Below are positions 33,101 to 40,303 of a stretch of 62,499 nucleotides of DNA, piece by piece. Numbering within the stretch: position 1 is the first letter of the stretch; the number at the start of each line of letters is the position of its first letter. The stretch lies in IMG/VR virus record IMGVR_UViG_3300042504_001487, positions 1-62,499 of that record. The stretch is one strand, 5' to 3'. The notes below the pieces were generated by a model. It made no database searches and had not been told where the DNA came from. It was given only the letters and a program-made list of their open reading frames with translations. This DNA is from a virus. Its lineage: Duplodnaviria > Caudoviricetes. The translations under genes were made by a program, and so were the position numbers.

Positions 33101-33575
33101 GTCGAACCCGTATGACACCCCGTTGCCGGGCGCGTGGAACGTGCTCAAGAAACCGGGCTTCAAAACCCTCCTGTCCAGCGACAACATGGTGGGTGTTCGC
33201 GAGGAACGACGCGCCCGCCGCGAAGACGATCTTACCAGTTCGTTCGCTCAGAACATGGTGGGTGAGAAGTTTGGCACCCTCAAGAACACCTTCAACCGCT
33301 TGAAGGGCAAGGCAACCCCCAGGACCAAGCAAGAGGAAGAGATATACAACATCCTCAAACCCGTCATGTCGAAACAGTTCTATGGCACCCAGAAAAACGA
33401 CGGAATGTACGACGTGTTGCAATCCTACGCCCGCATGAAAGCCCAAGGACTGCAAGACACCCCAGGAGGCAAGTTGCTGAAAGCTGAGGCTGATCAGGTG
33501 GTAAAGGACTTGGAGCAAACTGCCGATGAGCTTCAGAAGCCCCTGGAGTATCTCCGCACCCACACTCTCCCATGA
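21147..33575 (+). CDS. Giant 4142-aa polyvalent ejection-type protein
   Basis: A/G-rich hydrophobic segment; HExxH at ~24288, ~26922 and ~30018; GHKL ATPase motifs (EVFQNAVDA, DTGTGM, GGGFG); ART-like YHGT...YAVFDPNQIKS. Confidence 0.85.
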   Translation: MATSTVTDWDEIEADPDFSSLPQESRVRMFDDWERNFNRTLLEDADLDKVKPEGLNRFAATNAVRRRKLAGEDVSDPDAAAKTWAEQKQAEAKLAQQSLKDYADVEDKKFRLNDARSMPGVDEFGQASPEWEEGVSKASQNLEAAEAKFTPEVREQAKAANEALKGERKIATLQGNIYTDPALVLNKDEFRQQVLDSDASPEAKALKLASFQSEKKRYLDEAANTLTKGDPQIPLAESFPKFLESKGFNLDREMVQQSEGKLDYSPIQKQRELTQEYLTKMQDRGWFRKIGSAIATGVATGMLDIGTQAVGTAAMLTGDEEKSKIAAELSRASGDIGAAQGLEGDMQATGGTFAGGVSRLGTGMAPMLLPGGAVGGIARLAGAGAGAATAAAVGASALTAGAQTAGSQFGEVYDHLRRQGSTHEQAFGVSRNAAVLSGAVTTALTALGGATGVESLLRQGGKDLVKNRLLSALKAVPGGAAAEIAEELPDEYISQLVSAFAKDPNVSPSQVTDEFAANAPDLMLQIAALGGAGAGVGRFRETTTDPAKAREAEFPTAGAPPPLKPQDYENRAAGGQPIFNEEGDVIGVAPPGATPEETAAYREEIRSAAKAAIPEVVEPIDGVDPAITEEMDARLAAGKASGLADQTLAELERQKAAQGAPAPVAEAPTPKRPLANLTDEELEQRIQDSSRLANETAVEGSPDAAFFTNAAEKYRAEKARRVAATTQAATPAPAAETLGVTSPPAPTLETPEGAARNAPKPKATQTASGKKLGDKIVDGENVAIVNEYDQSTPGMPTELTVLEVDGIVDAKSNKVFATRRDMTPNEITVAQEKIRQRNALAKEMGMPQEEIPQPITPQGAAPTTATEGQPMPGGSSEAEWTPTVNAPAAFTASNGQKLVGTVQSIKDGKAVVSFLWNGNENTQTVPVSQLARPVASLTEPPKYQYTQEQNTRKMGKHFPTAPGVYTNYNFRKAFASMAKDTSLSRIYRMLAKVMSKMPVFANMDLHVVADGDVRYAGEYSFSNGRSAIAVNLRQVGRGKVDALGTILHEALHHLTLAKVRDPQNAWENEIIDKLDTIRGRVLEYAQQNGLGERFDYELDTVEEFISAVFTRPDFQNFLASIPDSFAPGVAVGKFRSVLSEIFRRLAELVTGEMVAKGSTMEQAMTSVLALFETPHRAVETGKLEALNAARSGTGTAKSLADDAMDAEYMAAVESGDVAKQQSMVDAAYSDFVRNTVMLGDRFYPATFIRFGNPPTNTEGSQVASTGFDGGIREKGVSVIGAWHDTVRDKYVIPTGSEQAVAGVSDLVAQNRPVFVVSGSVVKDVGSDTEPLMEAGTVKTQKQLNYSDLIEENNPDFTLDGEQYDSGEEGTKNAYTGGKERWWKSKGMPFPSLKNITYKDGKPVPLSQRFNPKSNSTLYSLAEEPERQLEGANMGRAMEMLGASLYAKNVSGTIGKEVFQNAVDAVMKNENGKARTIWYGQPDANHFVVADTGTGMNPDIIVDKFLRAFVSGKDVGAGGGFGLAKLAFLGSPRKFRIISVGTSTDGRKVKTTLQGTGKSFLHFNEHPPRIRFQPDTDITLAPGFTMRFSYEDAQALPTGTAMEFDMDEPYNASSAISAGMEYVEGVQSSGIKKGTTDLGYGNKATGDELLREMGYSSARSDESMAATLSSSKPYTVLHSFSTPSADVDVIVREGAKIKKTRFSYVPVLNRSIFQFSTSFNLNNEVALPEGLVVNIKPKVRAGTADYPFTTNRESVTDSVKREIERFFQEAGARENAKLNAKYANAIDSAAPIPGTGKVLLDTASTLPPALLDDLTNSASVQRALGDVTKIQDAILSMLGRKFGPKFQRAKFAGLITGARAYGVHFGKPGSLEPTAIYHDIWKEMAMAEEEFSVLHENDPAVKDLGVDDQMRLMYDTFLTKVTGVAFHEALHQDVDSEGEPLARELTFKAGDIVDAVVSLLNNTHTQDEINTTINDLIAQKRRIDTYEDSQAASEFVTAQGGYDGYAMAERGQAQGSREGSGKAGARVGTAPFSPADDAMDAEYMAAVEAGDVAKQQAMVDAAAKAAGYDIGPVYHGTEQKGLTEFYGGWWSDTKKVAREFGSQRYTAFLKGPLADGDTLRDLYKKFRGDDIDPDSGEPLYDSEIADIAMSGSRFGDYVRAAGYQGIEVWDESNAETGMAYAVFDPNQIKSADPITRDEQGNVIPLSQRFNPKSNSTLYSPADDSEPFYSKLAQVVEQKMPNRADAQTIKGIINNTQTGIKAEEIKWSGIVPWLESQTGPITKQAVLDYLAADGAVRLEEVRMDDSNAVSADEARQYFGIAKREWDAMTPESRADMIKDASERKKRVHTRYQQYQLPGGENYREVVLAMPLQFQKTTPSKLTDQYNRGVITQAEYFQRLESLVEPSGGNYTSSHFRDVPNYVAHMRMNDRTDAEGKPGAFIEEIQSDRHQAGREKGYKINTRSPNTIIKDTDKVLGELRSRTGEYIPTDEHWATHPDLSAKWDALTSELEQARQDVGRVPDAPFRTTWPLQMFKRALADAVAAGKQWIGWTTGETQAERYDLSKQIKEVAYYWDGPGDPDGQLVAVNHQGQEVMNQHSLKPDALADYIGKETAEKLVNAPDQNGMRKLSGLDLKVGGEGMKGFYDNILPKEIGKYVKQWSGRVEQTELVTGETKVDDSEWKRRNYPGVPWDAEMRAEYERHQKPIVEKAPIWRVDITPQMKAGVRSGQTLFSPADESDQRESDAVLGVMMEDDRFEEGVKMYDKAKRRQLGSPPQPSANTSTPPRFTNSAQFAAAFEAAYLRGDFDYFLEALKQADRHIYVPEMKRYINASKLGDKDAAERLEWFRHAIAGTIPANVKPQTKTPPPPQPSSAGAPPVGMPPPPPAATPPPKAGVSNRPMLTLNTAAMGMIAKMLGANVRINTLLRRARGRIKISMADGSKIELSKQLFKDPVQAAKTLAHEIGHLFDFLPASGFGKKLAGRIAPLGNFRKVFGDDLADWSMDGGKKMKLSKINQLIIDELVGLSKKWRGDFTYQPGTYRSLGSELYADFISAILNDPMWTAKNAPYATLGFLNALEQKPEVDQAYQLVISLVQGGSLYKALAEANRGKSTTALERLIAKSSALMRTKKVLKDAARGLYRSMFGSWLPTAIRDGGIWKSYWKRLKNMGTSGDYNWAQEEASQFAVRHITQFDNDMAKAVGIPLKLAGIDPEYLQRLQTNNRIIHERRRVGKLIEEDPAKARQLLKWMVDAGLLGKDVQDEVDATPDDGLYKKTAEVIYKLHASGDGFERALKAARRKGAPADAEKALYAFDVSGFMLNPNVFTMESAEADNADIEKTLGPDQFGELERINEGYHDLIKRTMVQAYKMGLFRQSTWDDVIVPNFGVYVPFMPIKYFTGYVKGGVGPARVGTANDLMAPHVVGIRKMHALINRMQRQKQALLLIDVFNNMGLHNELEPVEDENFDRQKAEELVKQSKNTISYVSYWDRGEYKWVKVNGTDAVPLVMNSDPDDLAAVYQLLKANTRLWRMNFTIFSIAFNVANTLRNIATPSVDVGPKAGYKAAKELLSIFPQMGKWVWAKMAGRDMTSIVAASISIEHAMHKPGMPVSKELQEFYDRGILQPSPDVASLRMTQEELARSVMGALSSPELLLHGGHKAAKDLNWFDKTLKQYFYSAVDALSFLGSVSEAAPKIAAYRALKEKMVPEKITATRANGKTTVTGLNPDGTRKMVPAFTDAQATYLATLEGIPRPGVGGSDNALWEMVLLFFRIMGQSWRKHLIMATAPQTRAGFLMRHMLFQGAKFGLQAMAANGVIDYLIALGAAAAAGGDDDDIEKYKQVDWAEAVSRQSDHKLSRGGVGPLICWVLPDGSIEPPYGHKSIPADWVPIMPRLPGTEFSRELDPMSYYATSKTIAPTIAPVNDDVFWNDYMRGLVSLNPAFDVVSDAMSIVGPTPPRDSYRGREKVEQRVWDEGYIARMLGLGEHHLRSFGIGSNPYDTPLPGAWNVLKKPGFKTLLSSDNMVGVREERRARREDDLTSSFAQNMVGEKFGTLKNTFNRLKGKATPRTKQEEEIYNILKPVMSKQFYGTQKNDGMYDVLQSYARMKAQGLQDTPGGKLLKAEADQVVKDLEQTADELQKPLEYLRTHTLP

Positions 33576-34159
33576 AACGTCCCCTCAACGAAAACACCGT
33601 CCCTATCGGGGGGCGCTGGAACTACCGCGACCCGTTGACCGACGTGCCGTTCTCCACCAACGACCTTGTCGTGTTGTTGCAGCAGGTGCGGGCGCAACGC
33701 AAAGCCAATGGCATACCTGTGGAGAGCGGATGGGAGCGAGTGGTGTTGGACGAACTGTGTCAGCAGAACCCAAAAGTGCTGTGCGGCGAGGCCGGTGTTG
33801 GAGAGATCCACATGACCGGCGACGACGTTCGTCGGTTTCTTACCACGCTGAAAGAGCAGTATGGTCGAGAGCTTGTCAGCGATGAGGAACACCAGCGCAG
33901 AGCCGACATCTGCCTGACCTGCCCCAAGATCGCCGATGTTGCCTGCACCTTCCCGTGCGGCTGGGTCAGTAAGATGCTCACCGAGATGCTCGGCGGTCGG
34001 CAAATCCATCGGCCTGCGGAGATATATAAAAGGGGGTGTGCCGCGTGTGGCTGCGACATATCCAGCAAAACGTACTATCCCCTGAATGTCCTGAAAACAG
34101 TGGATCAAAAATTGGGGAAAAGCCCCGACTATTGGTCTAGCTGTTGGATGAGGGAGTGA
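33572..34159 (+). CDS. Cys-rich hypothetical protein
   Basis: ICLTCP, CAACGC and terminal CW. Confidence 0.7.
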   Translation: MKRPLNENTVPIGGRWNYRDPLTDVPFSTNDLVVLLQQVRAQRKANGIPVESGWERVVLDELCQQNPKVLCGEAGVGEIHMTGDDVRRFLTTLKEQYGRELVSDEEHQRRADICLTCPKIADVACTFPCGWVSKMLTEMLGGRQIHRPAEIYKRGCAACGCDISSKTYYPLNVLKTVDQKLGKSPDYWSSCWMRE

Positions 34160-34553
34160 CCCTCTTCTGGATCAAGAACTGGCGCTTCTCCGAGTCGTCG
34201 CAAAACTGAGCCAACAGGTTCTTGGTGCCCTCGCTGGCTTTTGCCATCGCTGCCACGCAAACGCTGCACAGGTTTTTCTCCCCCGACATCACGTCGGAAA
34301 ACAGCTTTTCCGGGGAGTGCTCGTTCGGGTGGAACGCGGCATTCTTGGCAGCGTCTTGCGCCAGTTTGGCGAGGTCCAGCTTGACGCCGAGTCCCAGTGT
34401 CCGCTCAACCGCCGAATCGTACGCCTCGCCGTAGGCTTCGTAGAGTTTTCCGAACATCTTGTGGTCTTCAAAAAACGTCGGCCCTTGCGTGTCGTGATGG
34501 GCGCGTTGGGCAAACAGGCGGAGGGTCAGCAGTTGGAGGGCGACGAGGTTCAT
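34137..34553 (-). CDS. Dps/ferritin-like protein
   Basis: AHHDTQGPTFFEDHKMFGKLYE...AVER resembles the Dps HW-G-F-H signature. Confidence 0.75.
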   Translation of the reverse strand: MNLVALQLLTLRLFAQRAHHDTQGPTFFEDHKMFGKLYEAYGEAYDSAVERTLGLGVKLDLAKLAQDAAKNAAFHPNEHSPEKLFSDVMSGEKNLCSVCVAAMAKASEGTKNLLAQFCDDSEKRQFLIQKRVTPSSNS

Positions 34554-34561
34554 GGTTCGGT

Positions 34562-34590
34562 ATTGTAGCGGGTGGGGTGGTGGTGGTCAA
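34562..34590 (-). promoter_or_regulatory. Sigma70 promoter, near-leaderless
   Basis: TTGACC-N17-TACAAT, 8 nt before ATG 34553. Confidence 0.8.
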
Positions 34591-35747
34591 CTTTCTGTCA
34601 TCGGAATGGTGTTCTGCACCCAGCCTGCTTTGGCGACGGCATAGCCGTTGGTCGGGAACGTGCCAATCAGGTCCGGTGCCTCGACGCCCAGCTTCTCAGC
34701 CAGATCGGTGACGCGCATCTTCTTGCCGTTGAGAGCGGCTTCAATGTCGGCACGAGTGATCCGCTTGGTCGGCTTTGGCTCGGACGCTTTAACCTTCACT
34801 GCTTCGGGCAGATCCGACGATTTGACGACAGTGTGAACCGGAGATTTGGGTGCGATCATGGGGATGATCTCGGTGGGCTTTTCATCGTCGCCCCAGAAGT
34901 CTTCACCTTCTGGTTCTGGCTCTCCCTCGTCAGCGTCACAGACACTAACAGGACTGGCAACGTCAAGGTTCCCGTTCTTGGGGCCACGCCCCAAGATGAT
35001 GTCGGCTAGCGATCCGTCCTTGCAGCCATGCACCAGCACGGCCTTGGTGCTGACGAGACCGCCGCGCTCGCGTACCACGCGGTCGTGCTTGACCGAGTCG
35101 CAGACAAGGTTGGTTCCCTCCATGCGGTAGTTGCGTGTGGCCCACATGTCGCTGATCAGTTCGGTGTGCGACACGCCCATGTGGTAGATGGGCCAGCGCA
35201 AATACACGTCGAACGGAGTATTGGGGTTCATGTAGCTCGGCTTGGCGAGATCGACGATCAAGGGTTTGATACGCTCGTCGCGTTCCATGTTTGCCGGGTA
35301 GATGCCGGTGCCCATCAGCATGCGGTCGTTGTCGCGGTAAACGATCTTGCCGTTCTCGGCGTATGGGGTGTCAACGACGACTCCACGGAACGGTGTGCCG
35401 CCCATGCGGTAGTCTTCCTGCAAAAGCGTGGCCCAGCGTGGCACCCGTGGCAGCATGTCGGCTTCCATCCACAAGAACGGTTCCGTGTTGCCCATCGAGC
35501 CGAGAGCAAACACGACGGCGGAGAAATGGTTGTTGCAAGCGATAGGGGCACCGCCGTCAAAGTCTTGACCGAGAACGTGCGTCTGTGCGCCAAGGAGTTC
35601 AGCGGCCTCGTAGGCGGCGTCCTTGGCGGCAGGTGTTGGGAAGAGGATCACGGGGAACTCTTCCAAGCCTCCGAATTTGAGCAGACATTGTGTCAGAGCG
35701 GGCAGCAGGTGCTTGTCGTGGGCGGATACGGGGATGGCGATTTTCAT
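34587..35747 (-). CDS. Glycosyltransferase-like (GT-A) protein with acidic linker and C-terminal HTH-like domain
   Basis: FLWMEADM, GTGIYP, FD and HGCKD motifs; internal EDFWG. Confidence 0.55.
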   Translation of the reverse strand: MKIAIPVSAHDKHLLPALTQCLLKFGGLEEFPVILFPTPAAKDAAYEAAELLGAQTHVLGQDFDGGAPIACNNHFSAVVFALGSMGNTEPFLWMEADMLPRVPRWATLLQEDYRMGGTPFRGVVVDTPYAENGKIVYRDNDRMLMGTGIYPANMERDERIKPLIVDLAKPSYMNPNTPFDVYLRWPIYHMGVSHTELISDMWATRNYRMEGTNLVCDSVKHDRVVRERGGLVSTKAVLVHGCKDGSLADIILGRGPKNGNLDVASPVSVCDADEGEPEPEGEDFWGDDEKPTEIIPMIAPKSPVHTVVKSSDLPEAVKVKASEPKPTKRITRADIEAALNGKKMRVTDLAEKLGVEAPDLIGTFPTNGYAVAKAGWVQNTIPMTES

Positions 35748-35812
35748 GGGGGTAGCTACTTGGTTAATATGAGACTCCGGCTAGGAGCTTGAAAGAGAGA
35801 GAGAGCGGAGGT

Positions 35813-36136
35813 TCATGAGTTGTGGGCGTATATTTTAGTGAGGAAGTACCCAGTCTCACCAAAAGGGTTGTGCTCCACGTCGGGCACGTTGACCCACACT
35901 ATTTGGGCGGCTTCCACTTTTACACCCTCGACACTTTCAGCACGCAGATTGAACAGGAAATCGGTGACGGTGGCAACGTCTTGAATAGGCTGATTGGATG
36001 AGTTCAGACCGACAAAGCAAACGCGAACAGGAGTGAGTTCTCGCACCAGTTCGTACTTCGCGTCTTCGCCAAAGCTGAGCACCTCGGCTAAGGCACACAT
36101 GAACCTGTCCCACTTTTCTCGCTCCGGTGATGTCAT
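35813..36136 (-). CDS. Hypothetical protein
   Basis: Coupled to the upstream gene. Confidence 0.6.
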   Translation of the reverse strand: MTSPEREKWDRFMCALAEVLSFGEDAKYELVRELTPVRVCFVGLNSSNQPIQDVATVTDFLFNLRAESVEGVKVEAAQIVWVNVPDVEHNPFGETGYFLTKIYAHNS

Positions 36137-37725
36137 GATTTAGAATTTTCGAGTGCTTGTTGAAATTTGAGGAGTCTTGCCCGTTCGCTGTGGTCGGCAA
36201 AAAAGTCGGGGCAGCGGTTCGCGTTGAACTCGTACACCCGTTCGCTGGCTTCATCGGTGGGGAGATTCTCCCTCTTGGCAACCTCGTTAACCAAAAGCTC
36301 ATAGACGGGGCACGCTGGGTATCCCGCGTACTGCCATCCTTTCGGTGGGGTGATGCGAGTTTTCTTCTCCGTCCGAAGACGTTTGCCTTCCAGCACGGTG
36401 CCGTCCGGCAAGTTGACCACGCCGTCGGCGACGTATTGCGCCCAGGTATTGCTGGGGTAGATGCAGTCTGGGTGGGTCAGGCACACCTCTTGGATGCGCG
36501 GATGCTTCAATCCTTCGGCGATGGTCATGCAGGCGCTTTGATTGCCGATGAATAGGTCGGACCCAGCGATCATGCGAGCCGCCTGCAAGAAGTCTTTGGT
36601 GGACTGGTATTCGACCTGTCCGAAAGCCTCGCAGAAACGCGCATGTTCCTCGACAAGTCCGATGAATACCAGCTTACTTCCAAAGTGTTTCACCACTTCG
36701 CCCCACGGGAATTGGGGGTTGTTGTAACGTGGACTGCGGTTGATGACGACGCGACCCGCGTATGAGGTGTCTGGGTCAACCGAGAGCCACGGTTCGGATA
36801 CGTCCGGCATCGAAGATATGAAACCGTCGCGGATTGCGGCTTGCGCGTGGTTCTGCGCCAAGTTGAGACCGTTGTTGATGTACCCGTACCGCCTGAATTT
36901 CTCAGACTCCCAGTGGAGCGTTTCACGCTTCCAGATGCGAACGGAGTTGATGTAAGGTTGCGCTTCGATCAAAGGTTTGACCAAGTGTGTGCGGTGGACG
37001 ATGCCCGCTGTGTCTGAGTGGTCCCGCAGATACACATCGCACTGCTTGCCGGTGTGCTTGAGTGTGGCGAGCATGACGAAGATGTCCCCGGCGTCTCCTG
37101 TGGTGGAGGCATTCAATGCGTTGTTCTCATACCCGCGTCCAGGAAGGATCACGTCAAGCAGCCCTTGCTTTTGGTCTTTGTGAAAGAGGACCGCCTCGTC
37201 GCCAACGACTTCCATGTCGCGGGGGAACTCGTGGAGTGTGACATCCCCGTTGACGTCGTAGGTGCCGTAGCTGTGGCGGATAAGTTCAGTGCGTCCGATC
37301 TTGTCTGGGTGGGCGCAAACGATAAACTCGTCAAAACCGCCGCTCTTAAAGCCGATTGGTGCGTGGTCGAAAGCATTTGGACCCTGCACTCCAACTCCTG
37401 AGAAGTTGTCGAACGGAGGGTTCATGTGCCCGGCGTACAGGTATTCTTTACCGACACGCTTGTATTCCTTCGACAGTGCCGCCGCCCACCCTGCTTTCAA
37501 CGGAGAGACGTCAGCCTCAATCCAGATGAACGCTTGTCCTTTCATGTGTTCCGCCACATACCGGAACGACCAGTTCGCCACCTCGGGGTATCGCATGCCC
37601 TCCGGTTCCGGCGCGGTGAAGACTTGAACTTCGGTGCCGTCCAGTTCTTTGCAGAAACGGACGAGACGTTCGACAGCCTTCTTCTCGTGAGGAGCTTGGT
37701 AGAGGACGACTGGGAGGGTGCTCAC
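36133..37725 (-). CDS. Two-domain glycosyltransferase (GT-A-like plus GT9/heptosyltransferase-like)
   Basis: FIWIEADV...FHKD in the N-half; GDAGD and ARMIAGSDLFIGNQS in the C-half; GTG start overlaps the upstream stop. Confidence 0.7.
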   Translation of the reverse strand: MSTLPVVLYQAPHEKKAVERLVRFCKELDGTEVQVFTAPEPEGMRYPEVANWSFRYVAEHMKGQAFIWIEADVSPLKAGWAAALSKEYKRVGKEYLYAGHMNPPFDNFSGVGVQGPNAFDHAPIGFKSGGFDEFIVCAHPDKIGRTELIRHSYGTYDVNGDVTLHEFPRDMEVVGDEAVLFHKDQKQGLLDVILPGRGYENNALNASTTGDAGDIFVMLATLKHTGKQCDVYLRDHSDTAGIVHRTHLVKPLIEAQPYINSVRIWKRETLHWESEKFRRYGYINNGLNLAQNHAQAAIRDGFISSMPDVSEPWLSVDPDTSYAGRVVINRSPRYNNPQFPWGEVVKHFGSKLVFIGLVEEHARFCEAFGQVEYQSTKDFLQAARMIAGSDLFIGNQSACMTIAEGLKHPRIQEVCLTHPDCIYPSNTWAQYVADGVVNLPDGTVLEGKRLRTEKKTRITPPKGWQYAGYPACPVYELLVNEVAKRENLPTDEASERVYEFNANRCPDFFADHSERARLLKFQQALENSKS

Positions 37726-38321
37726 AGCTTTTGATAGATGATGCAGAGTTGGGCCAAGGCTCCGTGCTGTGTGGGGTCGAAATCTCGATCTTCCCACCGA
37801 GACCACGGGAAACGATCAACCTCGGTTCGGAGGTCCACCAACGTCATGTCTGCCTGTTTGCCAAGGCGGACGATTTCCTTGTATCCGAAGTGGCGGTGAT
37901 TCTGCGGCGGGCGTTCCAGGTTAATCAAATCCCACGAGGTTTTGTGATCGCCGTTGAATCTCGCCGAATTGTCCGTGCCGAACTGGAAGTCATTGAACTT
38001 CTCGTAGCACGAATACAGGGGCACCAAAATGTAGATGTGTCCCCCTGGTCTGACGACTCTTGACCAGTTGCGCAACGCCATTTCTGGGTCGTGCAAGTGC
38101 TCAAGGCAGTGGGCCGACACGATGTTGTCGAAGGACTCGTCGTCCAAGGTTGCAAGGAGGGTGGCGTCACCTTGCGCCAGATCCCATTCGGTCACTGTGC
38201 TCGGCGGCGGCACCCTCAAAGGGTCTGGGCCACAGCCGATGTCAAGGATTTGGCCTTTCAGCCATTCGTAGTCTCCAGCACGCGAACGGGCTGAGTGAGA
38301 TTTGGTCATTTCGTCGGACAT
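37722..38321 (-). CDS. SAM-dependent methyltransferase (type 11-like)
   Basis: ILDIGCG...SAHCLEHL...RPGGHI. Confidence 0.85.
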   Translation of the reverse strand: MSDEMTKSHSARSRAGDYEWLKGQILDIGCGPDPLRVPPPSTVTEWDLAQGDATLLATLDDESFDNIVSAHCLEHLHDPEMALRNWSRVVRPGGHIYILVPLYSCYEKFNDFQFGTDNSARFNGDHKTSWDLINLERPPQNHRHFGYKEIVRLGKQADMTLVDLRTEVDRFPWSRWEDRDFDPTQHGALAQLCIIYQKL

Positions 38322-38356
38322 GGGTGCGGCTTTCTTTGCGTTTTATAGGGTGAATG

Positions 38357-40303
38357 TCAACCGAAACTTTGATCAGCCCAGCCGTAATTGCTGCTGGTTG
38401 TTTCGAGGCTCAGATCGGAGTAGCGGCCTTTGCCTGCGCGGCTGGTCACGGCTGCCTCTAAAGCGGCGTGGCGACGGTCTATCGGGGCAGACGGCAACGC
38501 CGTTCGACGAGCAGCACGGGCGAGGGATGTCAACCCGTGGCGGCGACGAGCGATTTCGACGCAGCCAAAGAAAGCGTCGGCGCGGTCAGGGCTTCGACCG
38601 TTGGTGCGCTGCTTCATCACTTTCTTGGACTCCGCTTCCACTTTCTCTCGGTCCACGAGTTTGTACATGCGGGCGCACATTTGAATGCACGTTTCCGGGT
38701 CAAGCCCGCGAACCTGCCCCGCCTTGACAAAATCCTTGCCGACGTACCACAGTTCGGACACGCGGTTGGCGAACCTGTCTTTGCCTGTGCGTGCGTTGGT
38801 GGTGCCGACAATTTTGTCCGATGGCGCTCCCGCGAAGCTCACCATCTGGAAGCCTCGACCCATGGTGATCGCCATCAGGGACGCAAACGGATCGCCCGCG
38901 CCCGTGGAGTCGGACCCACGGTCTTCCACTTTGACGCCCCGCTTGACGCATTCCTCATTGAAGAGGTTCACTAGCTGCTGGTTGCGATCCACGGTCTTGT
39001 CGCTGGCGTCAACCAAGGCCATGAGGTTGATCGTTTCGACAAGCTCGATGCCCTTCACGTTGCGTTGATGGATGGCAGAGTAGTATTCACCCACCCGGCA
39101 GAAGCAGGCGACTGCCTCATCCCCGCCGTGGCTGAAGGCCGGATCGAGGAAAGCGATGGGGGTCGGCGAACTGAGCCATGTGGTAACTTTTTGCTGGCTG
39201 CCGCTACTGGTGATCTCAACTTCGGTGTAGATGGCGTTGGCGTCACCGTCGGGAGAGAGGAAGCCACGCACCATTCGGTAATACTCCGGCGACTTGGGGC
39301 CGAGGCTTTCGCGCAAATCCGTGACGGTGCGCAAGCTGAGGATGCCTTTCCATACTTCGCGACCGGCGAGCACGTTGGGGGATTTCTCGCCGTCAAAGCG
39401 GATGCAGTACCCACGTTTGGTTTTCCATCCGTCGAAGGTCTCGTTGACCGAGTTCCACCCTTCCTCGGGTTCCATGAAGACGCCGAGAGGGTCGAAGGGG
39501 GACGTGGGGTTGCCGATGCCGATGAACTGCAAGTACTCGTTGGACTGCAAGTTGGTGATGGCGGTGTTGTAGAGGCTGTGCGTGAGCAGGGGCAACTCAT
39601 CTGCGATGAAGATCACGCAGCGGTTCTTGAAACCGATCTTGGTGGAAGCGTCTTTGTCCTGGCCTTTGCCGCCTGCCACAAGTGCGATACCAGAAAGCTG
39701 GTTCTGCTTACCGTCCTGATTGAGCCTGACGATCTTCCCCATGGACGACACCAGTTTGGCCTGCATGTATTGCTCGCCACCGAAGAACCGGCAGAACTCT
39801 GACCAGTAGGCTTCAACAACGCCCCAGATACGGCCACGGGATTCCTCCAACGTGGTCGAGGTGATGAACACCTTCACATATTCGGGGGACGCTACCGGTT
39901 TGTCGGGGAAACGCGCTCCGACGAGGAACCGGCCAATCGCATAGACGGCGAAAAATTCAGACTTCGAGCAACTGGCGTGGCCTGCAACAGCGAGAAAGTT
40001 GTTGGCATAGGCTTCCTCCAGCATTCGCACCGCGTAAGGGTTCCACTCGAAGCGGCGGTTGCACTCAGGCCGGTCAAGGATCAGCGAGATGAACCTGCGG
40101 AAGTGCCACGTCCACGGGTTGAGGTGGCTGCCCGGCTGGCTGACCAGTGCGTCGTAGTTGCCGCAGATGTATTTCTCCAGCGCCACTTCTTGCAGCAGAT
40201 CATACCCTGCCGAGGTCTTGGGCACTCCTGGGAGACGTTTCCACCAGCGCCCATAGCGAGCGATGTGGGTGCGTTCCATCTGCTGGGGGGAGGTTTGAGC
40301 CAT
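38357..40303 (-). CDS. terL: Terminase large subunit
   Basis: Walker A-like GHASCSKS, Walker B IFIADE, GNP motif, nuclease LDPAF and SPDRADA. Confidence 0.85.
   Translation of the reverse strand: MAQTSPQQMERTHIARYGRWWKRLPGVPKTSAGYDLLQEVALEKYICGNYDALVSQPGSHLNPWTWHFRRFISLILDRPECNRRFEWNPYAVRMLEEAYANNFLAVAGHASCSKSEFFAVYAIGRFLVGARFPDKPVASPEYVKVFITSTTLEESRGRIWGVVEAYWSEFCRFFGGEQYMQAKLVSSMGKIVRLNQDGKQNQLSGIALVAGGKGQDKDASTKIGFKNRCVIFIADELPLLTHSLYNTAITNLQSNEYLQFIGIGNPTSPFDPLGVFMEPEEGWNSVNETFDGWKTKRGYCIRFDGEKSPNVLAGREVWKGILSLRTVTDLRESLGPKSPEYYRMVRGFLSPDGDANAIYTEVEITSSGSQQKVTTWLSSPTPIAFLDPAFSHGGDEAVACFCRVGEYYSAIHQRNVKGIELVETINLMALVDASDKTVDRNQQLVNLFNEECVKRGVKVEDRGSDSTGAGDPFASLMAITMGRGFQMVSFAGAPSDKIVGTTNARTGKDRFANRVSELWYVGKDFVKAGQVRGLDPETCIQMCARMYKLVDREKVEAESKKVMKQRTNGRSPDRADAFFGCVEIARRRHGLTSLARAARRTALPSAPIDRRHAALEAAVTSRAGKGRYSDLSLETTSSNYGWADQSFG

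Noticed and set aside
31998-33563. 521-aa antisense ORF (also 6919-8160 and 26304-27380)
   Set aside because: Opposite to well-supported genes; expected from codon bias
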